The position numbers and the translations under genes are program-made. From Basidiobolus ranarum (Eukaryota): a stretch of 33,222 nucleotides of DNA. Positions 15,421 through 27,831 of the stretch are shown in pieces (the stretch's first letter is position 1; each line of letters starts with the position of its first letter). The notes beneath the pieces were generated by a model that was given only the letters and a program-made list of their open reading frames with translations, was not told the DNA's origin and ran no database searches. The stretch is taken from NCBI GenBank assembly GCA_040143965.1, contig JASJQH010006952.1, forward strand, positions 1 through 33,222. The letters run 5' to 3'.

Positions 15421-17169
15421 ATGCCTGACGGTTATTTTGATATTGAGCATCCTTCAGGGGCGAGCGTCACCTTTAACTTCGCTGATTCCCCACCCATTAT
15501 CGATTCACCGCTAACTACTCCTACAATCGAGCTTTCTCCACCGAGTGGGGAACAAAAATATGGCGCCAAATTAAAACGTAGTAAAACCTTGAGGCGAAAG
15601 AGAAAAGAGGCCAAAAACCTCGTAAAGAGTGTATCCGATATACATAGTTCCAATGCAGGGGGCAGTATTCTTTCTCAACTTCTCAAGCTTCAGAATCTGA
15701 CTCGACCAAGATCTAACAATAACGGTCCTAGAGAGAAAGAAAAGAATGATTACCTCAGACCTTCTAGTCGTGTTCAGTCCACTTCCAGTCTAGCTTCGTT
15801 GATACAAAGCTCCTCGAACATGCTGGGATTTCAATCTACTCGGACTAGTTTTTCCGATGATAGCGCTATGACCTCAGGAATAAATACGCCTTTAACTTCA
15901 CCTTTGATATTAGAGGAGCGTTTGAACATTACTGCTAATATTGCTGATATATTGCTGAAACAGGATTATCTGACTTTGCTTTCCCGAGCTATGGTTATAT
16001 ACGGATCACCATCCCATCGACTTGAACAAAATATGTACTTGAATTCTCAAGCCCTTAGAGTTGAAAGCTCCTATGCGTTCTTACCTGGAGTAGCTTTAAT
16101 CACTTTTGGTGATAAAAATACTCACACCAGTGATACTCATATCATTAAAGCAGATCGTGACTATGATATGTATAGACTTGAACGCGTGTACGAAATCTCC
16201 CGTTGTGTTATCCATGGGGAAATAGATCTTGAGGATGCTTTCGACAAGTTGGAGATGCTTATAGACGAGCCACCGATCTATTCTTGGTGGGTTCGAATCC
16301 TGAACTATGCTGTTTGTTCCTTCGTGGTGTGCCCACTCATGTTCAACGGTAACTGGGTTGATGCTGTTGTTAGTGCAGTTCTGAGTGCTTGTATATGTGC
16401 GCTTGGCTTGCTTTCCACCAAACTATTCAATTATGCCAACGTATTTGAAATCTCTGCTGCGGTGGTTACAGCATTTGTAGCGACCGCTTTTCATAACCAT
16501 ATATGCTATATGCCCGTAGTAATGTCATCTGTCGTACTGCTTCTCCCCGGATTATCGCTTACCACGTCTATTATCGAACTTGCAGCCAAGAGTTTAATCT
16601 CAGGTGTTGTTCGGTTGGTGTACGCTCTTGTAATATCTTTTATGCTTGGGTTCGGACTTAGCTTTGGATCGAATATATGGAAAGTCATCGATTCCTCCAA
16701 GATCGGAACCGAGAATTGCACCACAGTCAGTCCTTATTGGTATTTTATTCTATGTCCCATCAACGCGATCACCTATTCGATCTACTTGAACGCAGCCCCT
16801 CGTCAGTGGCCGTTTATGATTATTTTAAGTGGAGTGGGATTTACGGTATCTTATTTCACGTCGAAAGTATTGGATCCCACTACATCTTCAGCCATCTCAA
16901 CCTTCGCTATCGCAGTCATTGGTAATTTGTATTCTAGAATTACCCATCGTTTGGGATATGTCGCCGTTCTTGGGGCCACCATTATGCTCGTCCCGGGTAG
17001 TTTAGGAGTTAGAGGTATTCTGGCTGCATTGAGTGACGATTCTCAACAAGGTACCGGACTCCCATTCCAAATGATTGTCATTGCCATGAGTCTAGCGGTT
17101 GGACTCTTCATAGGATCGTTAATAGTATACCCAATGGGAAAGAAGAGAACATCCATGATGATGTTTTAG
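15421..17169 (+). CDS. Prm10/DUF1212 (ThrE/YjjP threonine-serine exporter family) membrane protein, copy A, intronless
   Basis: 582-aa ORF with a disordered N-terminus, then YGSPSHRLE, FLPG, VLLLPGLSLTTSIIELA, GNLYSR and IMLVPGSLG, and about 10 hydrophobic segments. Confidence 0.88.
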   Translation: MPDGYFDIEHPSGASVTFNFADSPPIIDSPLTTPTIELSPPSGEQKYGAKLKRSKTLRRKRKEAKNLVKSVSDIHSSNAGGSILSQLLKLQNLTRPRSNNNGPREKEKNDYLRPSSRVQSTSSLASLIQSSSNMLGFQSTRTSFSDDSAMTSGINTPLTSPLILEERLNITANIADILLKQDYLTLLSRAMVIYGSPSHRLEQNMYLNSQALRVESSYAFLPGVALITFGDKNTHTSDTHIIKADRDYDMYRLERVYEISRCVIHGEIDLEDAFDKLEMLIDEPPIYSWWVRILNYAVCSFVVCPLMFNGNWVDAVVSAVLSACICALGLLSTKLFNYANVFEISAAVVTAFVATAFHNHICYMPVVMSSVVLLLPGLSLTTSIIELAAKSLISGVVRLVYALVISFMLGFGLSFGSNIWKVIDSSKIGTENCTTVSPYWYFILCPINAITYSIYLNAAPRQWPFMIILSGVGFTVSYFTSKVLDPTTSSAISTFAIAVIGNLYSRITHRLGYVAVLGATIMLVPGSLGVRGILAALSDDSQQGTGLPFQMIVIAMSLAVGLFIGSLIVYPMGKKRTSMMMF

Positions 17170-17587
17170 TCGCAGCACCCTAATCATCGCATCCCTCCTG
17201 TAAAAGAATCATTATTTATGTAAGATATTTGTGAACTTCATTCAATCTAAATGTATATTACTCCCCTAACCCTAATTCACTCGTCATATATCCAATAAAT
17301 CACATGGATTTTGGAATTTCTTTGCTTTACTATCTGTATATATATATAACGTGTCAATATTTATCCACCCAACCCTAAATTTAGCATGTCAATATTCATC
17401 CATTTGGGAATTGCGGTACTACGTGCCACCAATACCATTCGTTACTGAATCAAGATAGTGAATTTACAGCTGTACATGAATTTATTGATTTGTCATAGAA
17501 ACCAAGGTGTATATATGTCACAAATAATGATATTAATCTATAATACAAACGATATATGGGTATCTGCTCTTCAGAAATAACTTGGCT

Positions 17588-19270
17588 TCAGAACATCATC
17601 ATGGAGGTTCGTTTCTTACCCAATGGGTAGACTATTAAGGTCCCAATGAATAAACCAACTGACATGCTCATAGAAATGACAATCATTTCAAAGGCAAGAT
17701 TAACTCCTTGGGAGCTATGATTGAAGACATCCACGATGCCACGTACACCTAAGCTTCCTGGAACTAGCATTATGGTGGCACCAAGTACGGAAGCATAGCC
17801 GAATCTATGGGTAATACGGGAATAAAGATTCCCTACTAATGCAATGAAAAAGGTAGAGATGGCAGAGGAGGTGGAAACGTCGGTAATTTGATTTGTGAAG
17901 TAAGATACGGTAAATCCTATAATGCTCAAGATCATCATAGGTGGCCATTGTCGCCAAGAGGCATTCAAATAGATGGAATATGTAATGGCTAGGGGCGGAC
18001 ACAATAAAAAGTACCAGTAAGGACTGACACTGTAACATGTACTTTGCTCTACTACTTCTACACCTCCAGCGGCTTTCCATAAGTTAGCCCCCATATTAAG
18101 GCCAAATCCAAGCATGAAGGAAACAATTAAAGAGAAAACCAATCGGATCACTCCAGATATAGTATTCCTTGACGCCAATTCAATTACTGATGTTGTGAAT
18201 GAGAGTCCAGGCAGAAGTAGAACTATGGATGACAATATCACCGGAGTATAGCAAACATAGTTATGAAGAGCAGTGGCCACAAGTGCTGTGACAACAGTAG
18301 CCGAGATTTCAAAAACATTGGCGTAGTTGTATATCTTGGCTGATATTACACTCAATGCCCCAATACAGAGGCCAATGAGGCCGCTCACGAGTGCATCAAT
18401 CCAGCTTCCATTGAAGCAAAGTGGTGCCACGAAGAAAGAGCAGAGACCGTAGTTGATAATATGGACCCACCACGGCCACGTGGGGGGCTCGGCCATGATT
18501 TCCTCCAATCTCTCGAATGCCTCTTCGAGATCGACTTCCTCATGTACTAAGCAACGTGATATTTTATAAACTCTCTCCAACTTTCCCATATCATACTCAC
18601 GATCAACTTTAATGATATGAGTATCACTGGTGTGGGTATCTTTATCACCAAATGTAATGAGAGCCACTCCGGGAAGGAAAACAAAGTTACTGTTGACATT
18701 TAGAGCTTGCGAATTACGGGCCATGTTTTGTTCAAGGCGATGGGCGGGAGAACCGAACTTGACCATACACCGGGATAAAAGTAATAGGTAGTCTTGCTTC
18801 AATAGGATATCGGCAATATTGACAGTAATGTTCATTCGTTCTTCCAGAGTCAAGGGAGTGACAACGTTGTCATAACAAACACTACTTCTATTTGATTGAA
18901 GACCAAGGAAATTACTAGAGTTTTGCACCAATGTGGTCAAGCTAGAGGATGAGTTGGCCCTTCTTTCCAACAGTTTAGGAGATTTCTTGGAGCGGGATAC
19001 ATTATTCAATCTCAGTAACTGAGAGAGGATACCTCCAGTACTTTGGGACTGATGATCTGACATGTTTTTGACCATCTTTTTGGCTTCATTTTTCTTCTTA
19101 CGAAGAGTCCTACCACGCTTAATAGGAGAATCTGAGATGGTGTTGGTAGGAGAGAGATCTATAGTAAGGGTAGGGATGTTAAGAACAACGACATTCTCCT
19201 TCTCATTGGTCACCGGCTCATCACCGTTGACCTCATTCACTTGTTTCTCATCAAATTGATCGTCGCCCAT
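17588..19270 (-). CDS. Prm10/DUF1212 (ThrE family) membrane protein, copy B, intronless, convergent with copy A
   Basis: 560-aa ORF with FGSPAHRLE, IVLLLPGLSFTTSVIELA and IMLVPGSLG. It ends in the same C-terminus as copy A, KKRTSMMMF. Confidence 0.88.
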   Translation of the reverse strand: MGDDQFDEKQVNEVNGDEPVTNEKENVVVLNIPTLTIDLSPTNTISDSPIKRGRTLRKKKNEAKKMVKNMSDHQSQSTGGILSQLLRLNNVSRSKKSPKLLERRANSSSSLTTLVQNSSNFLGLQSNRSSVCYDNVVTPLTLEERMNITVNIADILLKQDYLLLLSRCMVKFGSPAHRLEQNMARNSQALNVNSNFVFLPGVALITFGDKDTHTSDTHIIKVDREYDMGKLERVYKISRCLVHEEVDLEEAFERLEEIMAEPPTWPWWVHIINYGLCSFFVAPLCFNGSWIDALVSGLIGLCIGALSVISAKIYNYANVFEISATVVTALVATALHNYVCYTPVILSSIVLLLPGLSFTTSVIELASRNTISGVIRLVFSLIVSFMLGFGLNMGANLWKAAGGVEVVEQSTCYSVSPYWYFLLCPPLAITYSIYLNASWRQWPPMMILSIIGFTVSYFTNQITDVSTSSAISTFFIALVGNLYSRITHRFGYASVLGATIMLVPGSLGVRGIVDVFNHSSQGVNLAFEMIVISMSMSVGLFIGTLIVYPLGKKRTSMMMF

Positions 19271-21963
19271 TTATAAGAAAGTTGATCTACACAACAATAA
19301 GATGAGTTGCTCAAGTCCCGATGGACACAGAGATAAAAAGAAATATGTAATTTGGAAAATTATGTGCATTGGAGAGACATGATGAGGGATATTTATATCG
19401 CCAATGTTTGGTTGATTCAAGCTTTTTTTCTCACCTTCCAATTTAATCACACATAGCTAGTGCAAGGACTGCTCCTACTATATACCATTGTATATGTATT
19501 ACTGATCCCAAGCGGTGGGGTTTAGACAGGCATATCAAGTGAAACTAGAATCCACTCGGAGCAAATATCGCAATATTTACATTAGTAACAAAGGAAGTTA
19601 GAGCCGTCACTCAACATTGACTAGCACGCAATCGATGTCCTAGCTAGAATGAATCCATTTTACAAATCCGCCGATTGTTTTAACCATGAGCAACGATGAC
19701 CCATAGCTCCAATGGTTTTGGCAAAACTCAACCATGTTTGGTTGTTCTTTTCGTTACCTCCTGGCTGCGCTTGCTAATCAACATCGTTTGGGGAAATGTC
19801 GGAATTCTTTTACTTGTAGAACTAAACCTTTTGAGGCAAGATTATTACTTTGGTAAAAGCCATTGTCGACGATTCACCATTCAGCATTCGCCATCCATTT
19901 GCTAAGCGATTCTAAAATTTGATTTCCAATTTTAGCCAGCGATTGATAAGGTAATGAGATGTTATTGGTTTGAAGTAGAAATATTCGAAGGTACTTGGAT
20001 TATACCATTTGAGTGATAGTTTTTGACTAAACTTGACGAGTCACTAATAATTCTTCCACTTCTCCATAAAGAACGATATAGCTTATGTGGCTCACGAAGT
20101 TACACGTATATGTGCTCAACCAAATATGCCACTTCCTCAAAAGTCAATGGATCCCCCCCTTCATGAGAAGGTGCTGGTGGCAACAATGAAGATTTCTTGC
20201 GTGCACTCTTTTAGCTTAATCTCTACTTCAGCTTATTTTACTTATCTCTGGGTTCAGAACAATACCACTTTCAGAATAATAACCGGAACAGGTATCTTTT
20301 TGGTCTAATCTCTATAAAGTTAGATCTATTTATAGCTGTAGAATTGTAGTACCATAAACTACATAGAGTTGAATTCCGTTTATGTACTAAAGCCTGAAGG
20401 GGTAGAATAGTTGTCCCAACTGTCATGAATGTCACACACAGTCCATTATTGTTTGTCCTTCTGCATGCTCTTCCAACTGGTGGATATGGATACAGCCTGT
20501 GTAATGGTTGATATATGTTAGGTAAGAAAGAGTTGGTATTAGGTAATATATTGACGTATCTAGTTTAAATGACACCCCCTATTGTATCTAATTTAGCCCC
20601 TAGAGATAGGTGATTCTGATACTTCTAAGAGTTGATCTCCATTGGGGAAATGTGACAGTTACTGTTTTATTCACTTCAACTCGGAGATCATTCGAGAGAT
20701 CTTGAATCCTAATTTACGATTTCGTAGTTCAGGGTTTACCCGGGGGTATAACTAGACCACGCTAGTAATAGTCTAGACGGAAGTTAAATCCAATCGAATA
20801 TTCTAGTTCCCCAGGTTGCTAAATCCAGAGGCAACTAAACCACGTTTTCAGGTTTAAAATTCGATTCATCCACCGTCAGTTAAAGATGATATATCACTCA
20901 AGGTTGGTAACATAACGAAGCCTATCTCGAAAGGAGATGGAGATGAGTGGAATGGTCTTACGAGTATACCAACAGATATCCAGAGCTAAATATTCTGAGA
21001 TCAAGTAGACAATCAATTAGACATTCAACTAGACATGGGTAATTTATTAATTAATCTTCTTAGATCGGCTAATTCTTCTTTCCTGTTTGGAAAGATGGAA
21101 GATGAGTCATACGGGAGGAATATTTTGTCGTATATATGAATCAAATCAACTAGTTCAAATCAACTGGTTCACCGTCGTTACTTTTGGAATCACCCTGTGT
21201 ATTCCTTACTAGTTGACGTATTTATGGTTACTTTTTGACTTATTTATGATTACTACGTAGATAGCTTGACACCAATACATTTTTACTACATGAGCCATCT
21301 CGATTACAGATGGTAGGCCAGTTTCCAAATTCATAATTATTCACATTCACGAAGCCATAATAATATGTGTTGAATAATGTTGGAAGCTTTCTAAAATAGG
21401 CAGCCTTCATCATGGCAAGAATTCATTCCAAGTGACCTCCAGATTCCGAGAATTCACCATACTTCAGCACGTTCTCAAAGTAATCGTTTTGGTATCGCCA
21501 TGTGGAGGATTGTGTACATCATCCATGAAAATCTGTTGATTATTCTGAAATCTACCACTTCAACCCGGAAAGATACGCTCTCCCAGTAATCTATAGTGAC
21601 GTTTTCTGAAATAGAAATCCATGGAAGGGAGATTTCGGAGGACTGTACTTATTTAGAATTGAATACCGCTGTGCTAGCTTTTACCCAATGCACATCTAAG
21701 TATTTGATGTTGTCAGGAACCTTTATGTTGTCAGGAACCATCAGTGAATGGTTTTCGTTTAGCTAGTGTGATGATCAACATCATTTCAATCACCAATCAT
21801 CATCATTTCAATTTGTATATACTAACGATCTCATTTATTTGGAATTCCAGTCTATACAATTTTGATTCAAACGAGGGTATTCCTGACGGGTATTCTTGAT
21901 GTATAGTGATTGATGGTGGATATCTAGGGTTAGGGTGGTAATGAAATATTAATGCAATCTACA

Positions 21964-23632
21964 TCACGAATTTGCCATAGCCTCTTTCATCAGTTGTCTA
22001 CAATAAAGTACACTAAGTAATGGGATGCCAGACATAATACCAAGCCAAAAGATGGCAATTCCAAGCCATTTGTATCGAAGCACAATAGGCCGTCTGCCTA
22101 ACCAAATGAGTGGGATTTGGAACATCTGCAAAAAGAATAAATAAGGGCGGAATCTTCTTGTGATGATCACCATAACAAGTTCATGTAAGCAGGAACTTAG
22201 TAAAAATGTGAGGTAAGTGGCGCTCTTTTTCGATAGTTTGTAGGTTTCAATGGTGTTCAAGTAGACATGTCTTAATAGGAACAAATGAACTGGTCGGTTC
22301 CATTTACGTGCGTATTCATCGAAAATAGCACTATTCCACCAGTCATCATAGAATTGTCTATCAGCGAACCTATTGAATGTTCATCATTAAAAGTCATTTC
22401 TTGGGGATGAAAGTATATGAGTGATAGTACTAACCTACTAATCTCTGCAAATCCATTGCAGATACACTCAAATATAATATAGAATACAAGTAGATGTATT
22501 AACATGAATGGGAAGATCAGTTGTAAAACGGTGTACAACACAAAAGTATCTTCTACTGAGTCCTTCAAAACAGGAATGATTTGCTGCTCAACCAGTACAT
22601 ATAAGAGCATAAAGGTTCCCAGTAAGGCCAAACACTTTTCAAATATGTACCATGGGCGAATACTAAATCATAACAACAATATATCATGTTACTTTCTCCT
22701 TGCACATCCACTATTCTAATAAATAAAGCGTACCTTTTGGTTCTAGGATACTCTAACTCATAAACCAATGTAGGAAACAACAAGTATTCCCAGAAATTCT
22801 TCACCGTAACATTGTCTGGATACTGAGTATTTCCAGTTTTAAGATTTGCACGAGTGTTGGCAATTTCTTCTTTTAATTTGAGAACAGCTTCTTCATCTAC
22901 TTCTTGATCTTGCTTCTTTTGCGCTTCGATCAAAATTGCTTCCTCCTTCTTTAGTGCCTTCAAGCGGTCATAATGGACGGATAACTCTCCATTGTAACAA
23001 AGATAGGAGTGAACCTTCATCAAATTGCTAATGGCGTGCATTACAAAAAATGAGGTTTGGATCCAAGGCCAATTCCTAGATTAATTTGTATGTGAGCGGA
23101 GGTGTGGATGCAAAAAGAAGGGAAATTATTCATACTTCCAATATGCCCAACTTATGGCCAAGGCTAAATAGGAGGTTTGATATATATGCTGAATAATAAT
23201 GCCAGTGTATTCTCTATGAAACCATCGATTCACAATGGCTTTATGGATGGCCCAACTTATAAAGGTAGCAGCGATCAACACCATATCCGAGATAAATAGA
23301 CTTCCTAGATCCTTGGATAACACTGAAAATAAGTAGGAGCTGGCGATATGCCCAGTAAGCTTGAAGTTGGTTGCGAATGTTTGAATCAAAAAGAATCCCA
23401 TTGCGATCCAGAATAAAATGAAGAATCCAAGCAGTGGATCCCTCTCTTTAGACATAGTTGGGATATCAAAATGGGAAGGTCTCTCTTGAAACCTCCATGT
23501 ACGTGAACTTTGTATAGTTGGCGCATTATTAGTCTTGATATTCTCTCTCTCTTTGGAAAGAATGGGATGACTGAATGGCTTCTTCTCTTCTAAGGTAATG
23601 TGATTTTCCGGTAAGTAGGACAATTCTGCCAT
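21964..23632 (-). CDS. ARE: Sterol O-acyltransferase (ACAT/ARE-type MBOAT), 4 exons
   Basis: Motifs LMKVHSY, FPTLVYELEYPRT, FAEISR|FADRQFYDDWWN, WNRPVHLFLLRHVY and SSCLHE (catalytic His). All three introns are canonical and phase-compatible. Confidence 0.92.
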
Positions 23633-24694
23633 TGCTACGGTAGTATGTCTGTAGAACGTCTAAGTAAATTGATCTCGGTGAGTTTTCTTTTTAAAAAAGG
23701 AGAACGTTGAATAACATGCAGCGTCATGTTAAATCTAGAAGGAAAGCATACCTATATTTCACTGTAGTGTCTCAGTGCAATGTATTCTGATAACTAGGTG
23801 TTAGTTGTGAGAAGCTATGTTCAAGGTTAATGAAGCTATGAAAGCATTCGATGAGAGGTGTGAAAATAAATTTCATGTTACTTCGGTGGACTTTTATTTT
23901 CAATCACCTGCGGATAAACAATGGCATTTCAGACGGTCTTAGACCGGAACTACAGATCGGTGTCGTAATATGCTGTACAAGAACCATTCCGTAGTTCCCA
24001 AAAAAAATTAGTAATCTCCCAAATCTGGTGACTTCTAAAATGATAGGCTTGGCATATTGCACGGATAAAATCCTGATTATTATCCTTGACCCATACTATT
24101 TATGCGTGATCAAATTTGCGGCGGAATGGCTGTGCGTCGTACTCCTCTCGCCTAAATCCTCCTCTGAGCGGGGTCATAGTTGTGGTAATATTAACAAATT
24201 AGGGTTCTGGTGAAACTTTGATCAGGTTTCGAGCGAAGTTGTAAAAAGGAATAATATAGGCCGGATTCCCCTTAGATCTTTAGGTCAGGTCAGGTTAGGT
24301 TTCAACCGTAAATGATCCCACATTATACACTAGAGTCAGATCAAGGAGGAGGTCACCAAGACCCATTTTACTAGAAGCACGTCACCAGAACCCAGATCGT
24401 TGGGTCAGTAAGAAAATTACGATCGTAGCCCACATCAATCTTAGATTATGCTCGGTTCAGCCAATTGCTTTGGAACAACCTCCCCCTAAGTTGTTATATG
24501 CATATTTTATCGTAACAGTGGATACTCTTTTGGCCTTACCATTGCATCTTAATATAAAATATGGACGCGCACAGATATCTGTCAACTTATTTAACATACG
24601 ATTTCATTCCCTTGTAATCCAAAGCCCATTCTCTCGCCCATTCTCTCGCCCCTTCTCATTGTATTAGTACGCGAGTTACTACATCACATTGATT

Positions 24695-27150
24695 ATGGAC
24701 CTCAACAACACATACACGACGAATTCACTGGATGAAGTCAAATACGAAAACTTTATCAATTCCGACACTGACCCTGTTAACACCTATCTAAATGATATCC
24801 ATTCTAACCTTGGGTTTCGTGAACACAATTCGCTATATTCAACACAATTTGTTCAACGACCGATGTAAGTATGATTTTTTTCTTGCCTTATAGTGCTCCC
24901 CTCATGAATAACTCTTTTTTTTAGCAATAGTGATAATTACAACTTCTTCCCGCCTGGTTCTCAGAACTTGGATGTAGATAAGCCCTGTCAATACCAAGCT
25001 GATGCCTCGGTTTACTTAAATTACCCAATAACCCCATTTACTAGTGACACACTCAACCACACAAGTCGATTTGATGTCAACACCCTAGAGTCACCCTTGG
25101 CCTCAGTCGGGTCACTCGAGAGCTCGGAAAAAAGTAAATATTTTGTTGTAGACGAAGTTACATGAAGACAGCTAACGATTTGTATAGTAACGAATACATG
25201 TAGTAAATCTTTGAATAGTTTCCCGGGACTCTATTCAAGCTCGGGGTTTGACATGGTTGGAATTTTGGTAAGCATAAATCAACGTATACTATCTATATTA
25301 GACCATACTAGTAATTGACATAATACATTCTCTCCAGTCTCGTGTTGCTCACCGGTAAGTTTGACATTATTCAGCAATAATTGGTCACGTCCATCTAACG
25401 ATAATCGCCATTTCCTTTGCTGCAGGCCCAACCCTCAAATCGCTATGGGTGCTGTAGATATGAGCTGCGCATTTTTGGTTGGTAAGTAATTGATCTGGAT
25501 AGAACACTTGACTCAGTATGATGTAGAGATTTGACTAACATTACTCAAATCTGATTATTTAGTGGATGCATGCCGATTTGATTTTCCAATCATTTATGCC
25601 AGCGATTCTTTCGAGAGATTATCAGGTTACCAAAGCCCCGAGATTATTGGACAGAATTGTAGATTTTTACAATCACCTGATGGTCGGGTGTCGCTAGGAT
25701 CCAGACGGAGATATACCGACAATAATGCCGTTCACAATATCCGTACTCATGTATCGCAAGGAAAAGAATTCCAAGTCTCTATTGTAAACTATAAGAAAAA
25801 TGGTCAACCATTCATCAACTTGATTACCATTATTCCCATCGCATATGAAGGCTCTGATATCACTCATTTTGTGGGATTTCAAGTAAATATGATCGAACAG
25901 CCCAATGATATCCTTCAGAAAATGAAGGATGGCACATACATTGTCAACTACAACTTGCTCAGTATTCCACCTATGATCTCCACTAGTAAGTAATCCTCGG
26001 TGTTTAGTAGTAGATGGTAGAGTCCTAACTATCCATTGTAAATAACATAGGCTTGTTCAATCGTCCATTCGATGGATACCATCAAACCACTACACTGACT
26101 GCCTCCAATGGCTCTTCTATTGCTGTTTCGCCTGAAGTTTACGATTTGATGGGAATCAGGTCTAGTCCAGACGAGGATGTAATTACATGTCTATGGAATC
26201 AAATGCTCATAGACAATTCCGAAGATTTTATCCACGTAGTTACACTCAAAGGAGTATTTCTTTACTGTTCTCCAAGTTGTAAGAAGATGCTAGGGTATGA
26301 ACCAGACGAGCTGATCGGTCAGAATGTGTCTTATCTTTGTTCTCCCGGGGATTTAGTACCTGTCATGAGAGAGATAAAGGAATCCGCATCAAGTCAAGAT
26401 ACCACCAGTTTATGTTACCGTATTAGACGGAAAGATAACAGTTATATATGGTTCGAAGCTCAAGGAAAACTTCACTCAGACCAAGCAAAGGGCCGAAAGT
26501 GTGTCGTCTTGGTTGGTCGCACACTCCCTATATACAAGCTATCTTGGGAGGCGCTCGATATTTGTGGCGGTCTAACTGAGGATGAGTTCTGGGGAAAATT
26601 GACCACGGATGGTACCTATCTGTATGCTACTTCGGAATGTCAAAGATTACTTGGTTTGTCTCCTGAAGAGTTGGTCGGTACATCACTATATCAATTGGTC
26701 AAGTCCGACCGTACCACAGCCATGACACAGGCCTTACAACAGGCACGGGAAGGTACGACCGTAAAGCTAAGGCATACTATTCAGAATGGCAAAGGTCAAT
26801 ATATGGAAATGATAAGTACATTCTATCCTGGAGATATGTATGCTAATTCGCAAAAGCCTGGCTATATTTTATGCCAATCAAAGATGCTAGATCCCAAAGG
26901 AGATGAGCAATCTAGCACATCCTCGACCGCGCCATATCCTCAAACGAATCAAATTGGTAACGATGAGGATAACATATTTAACATGTTGCACGTTACAGGG
27001 TCTACTACTTGGCAGTACGAATTACATCAACTCAGGTTAGCAAATCAAAATTTGCGTGATGAAATTGACAATCTGACCAAAGCAAGTAGAAGGAAAAGAA
27101 AAAGAACGAATAACAAAGCTGGTCTTTGCACCTCCAGAATGGATTACTGA
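24695..27150 (+). CDS. wc-1: White Collar-1-like LOV-PAS-PAS blue-light receptor lacking the GATA zinc finger, 7 exons including a 17-nt exon at 25338-25354
   Basis: Spliced: PGLYSSSGFDMVGIL|SRVAHR|PNPQIAMGAVDMSCAFLV|VDA..IIYASDSF..GQNCRFLQSPDG (photoactive Cys)..NYKKNGQPFINL..FVGFQV. PAS-B and PAS-C follow, then WQYELHQLR, RRKRKR and a stop after LCTSRMDY. Confidence 0.93.
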
Positions 27151-27831
27151 AAATGGAGCTTTCAGTGTTGTCTGAATAACTCCATGTCGTAACCTTAATT
27201 AGAACGAGCTATTTCCACAGACTTCAACCACAAATAATAATCATTTTTTACCTCAACCCTGTACACAAATACGAAGCCAATATGTGCCAAAAGGATGATC
27301 CTTTGGTTTGTTTATAAATCTGCCAGATGCATTTTGCTATATGTGCCATAAGAATACGATAAGGATACGCACAGATACTTTTTTCTCTTATTATTACTAG
27401 AATATCCGCCTTACTATTAGTCAAACATCACATGGTGTATGCGAAAGTATCCGTAAGACTTGGATTAAATATCTGTCATGAAACCTCGCCCATATGTAGT
27501 GCAAGCATTCTGCACACTCATTGGATCCAAGTCCAAATACGACTTAATTGACTTCTAGAACGATAGCATGGAAATCTCTAACATCAACAAAACGAAATAT
27601 GGCTCGTTCAAAACTGGAGTATAACAGGAATACCCCTATGACAGACAGCTAAAATAGTAAAATCACTATATATATTCAACCTCTATTCATAATGTTTTGA
27701 TTGTCATAGGCTGAATTCGCTAAGAATATATTAGTCATTCAGAGGTCACAAATGCCGTTCAAATTCACATATATTTCCACCTATTGTCGAAACTTTACAT
27801 TCATAGCAAAGCAAGAACTACTACCGTGAAA

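Noticed and set aside
16289-16299. GGTTCGAATCC, a perfect tRNA T-loop/B-box motif
   Set aside because: It lies inside the transporter CDS (W-V-R-I-L), and no cloverleaf or A-box could be built around it.
19696-20308. Short ORFs (69 and 73 aa) in the large intergenic region, and similar ORFs at 10405, 24028, 24470 and 32431
   Set aside because: No recognisable motifs, several have non-ATG starts, and no supporting splice structure; their lengths are compatible with chance.
27148-27192. Selenocysteine or readthrough at the WC-1 TGA (continues KWSFQCCLNNSMS*)
   Set aside because: No SECIS-like hairpin or TGA-CTA readthrough context was seen, and the extension does not restore a finger.
27784-27831. 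TTG-initiated N-terminal extension of HAD1 as a targeting peptide
   Set aside because: Only 16 codons, absent from the paralog, and the ATG at 27832 has a good context (aaaATGG).
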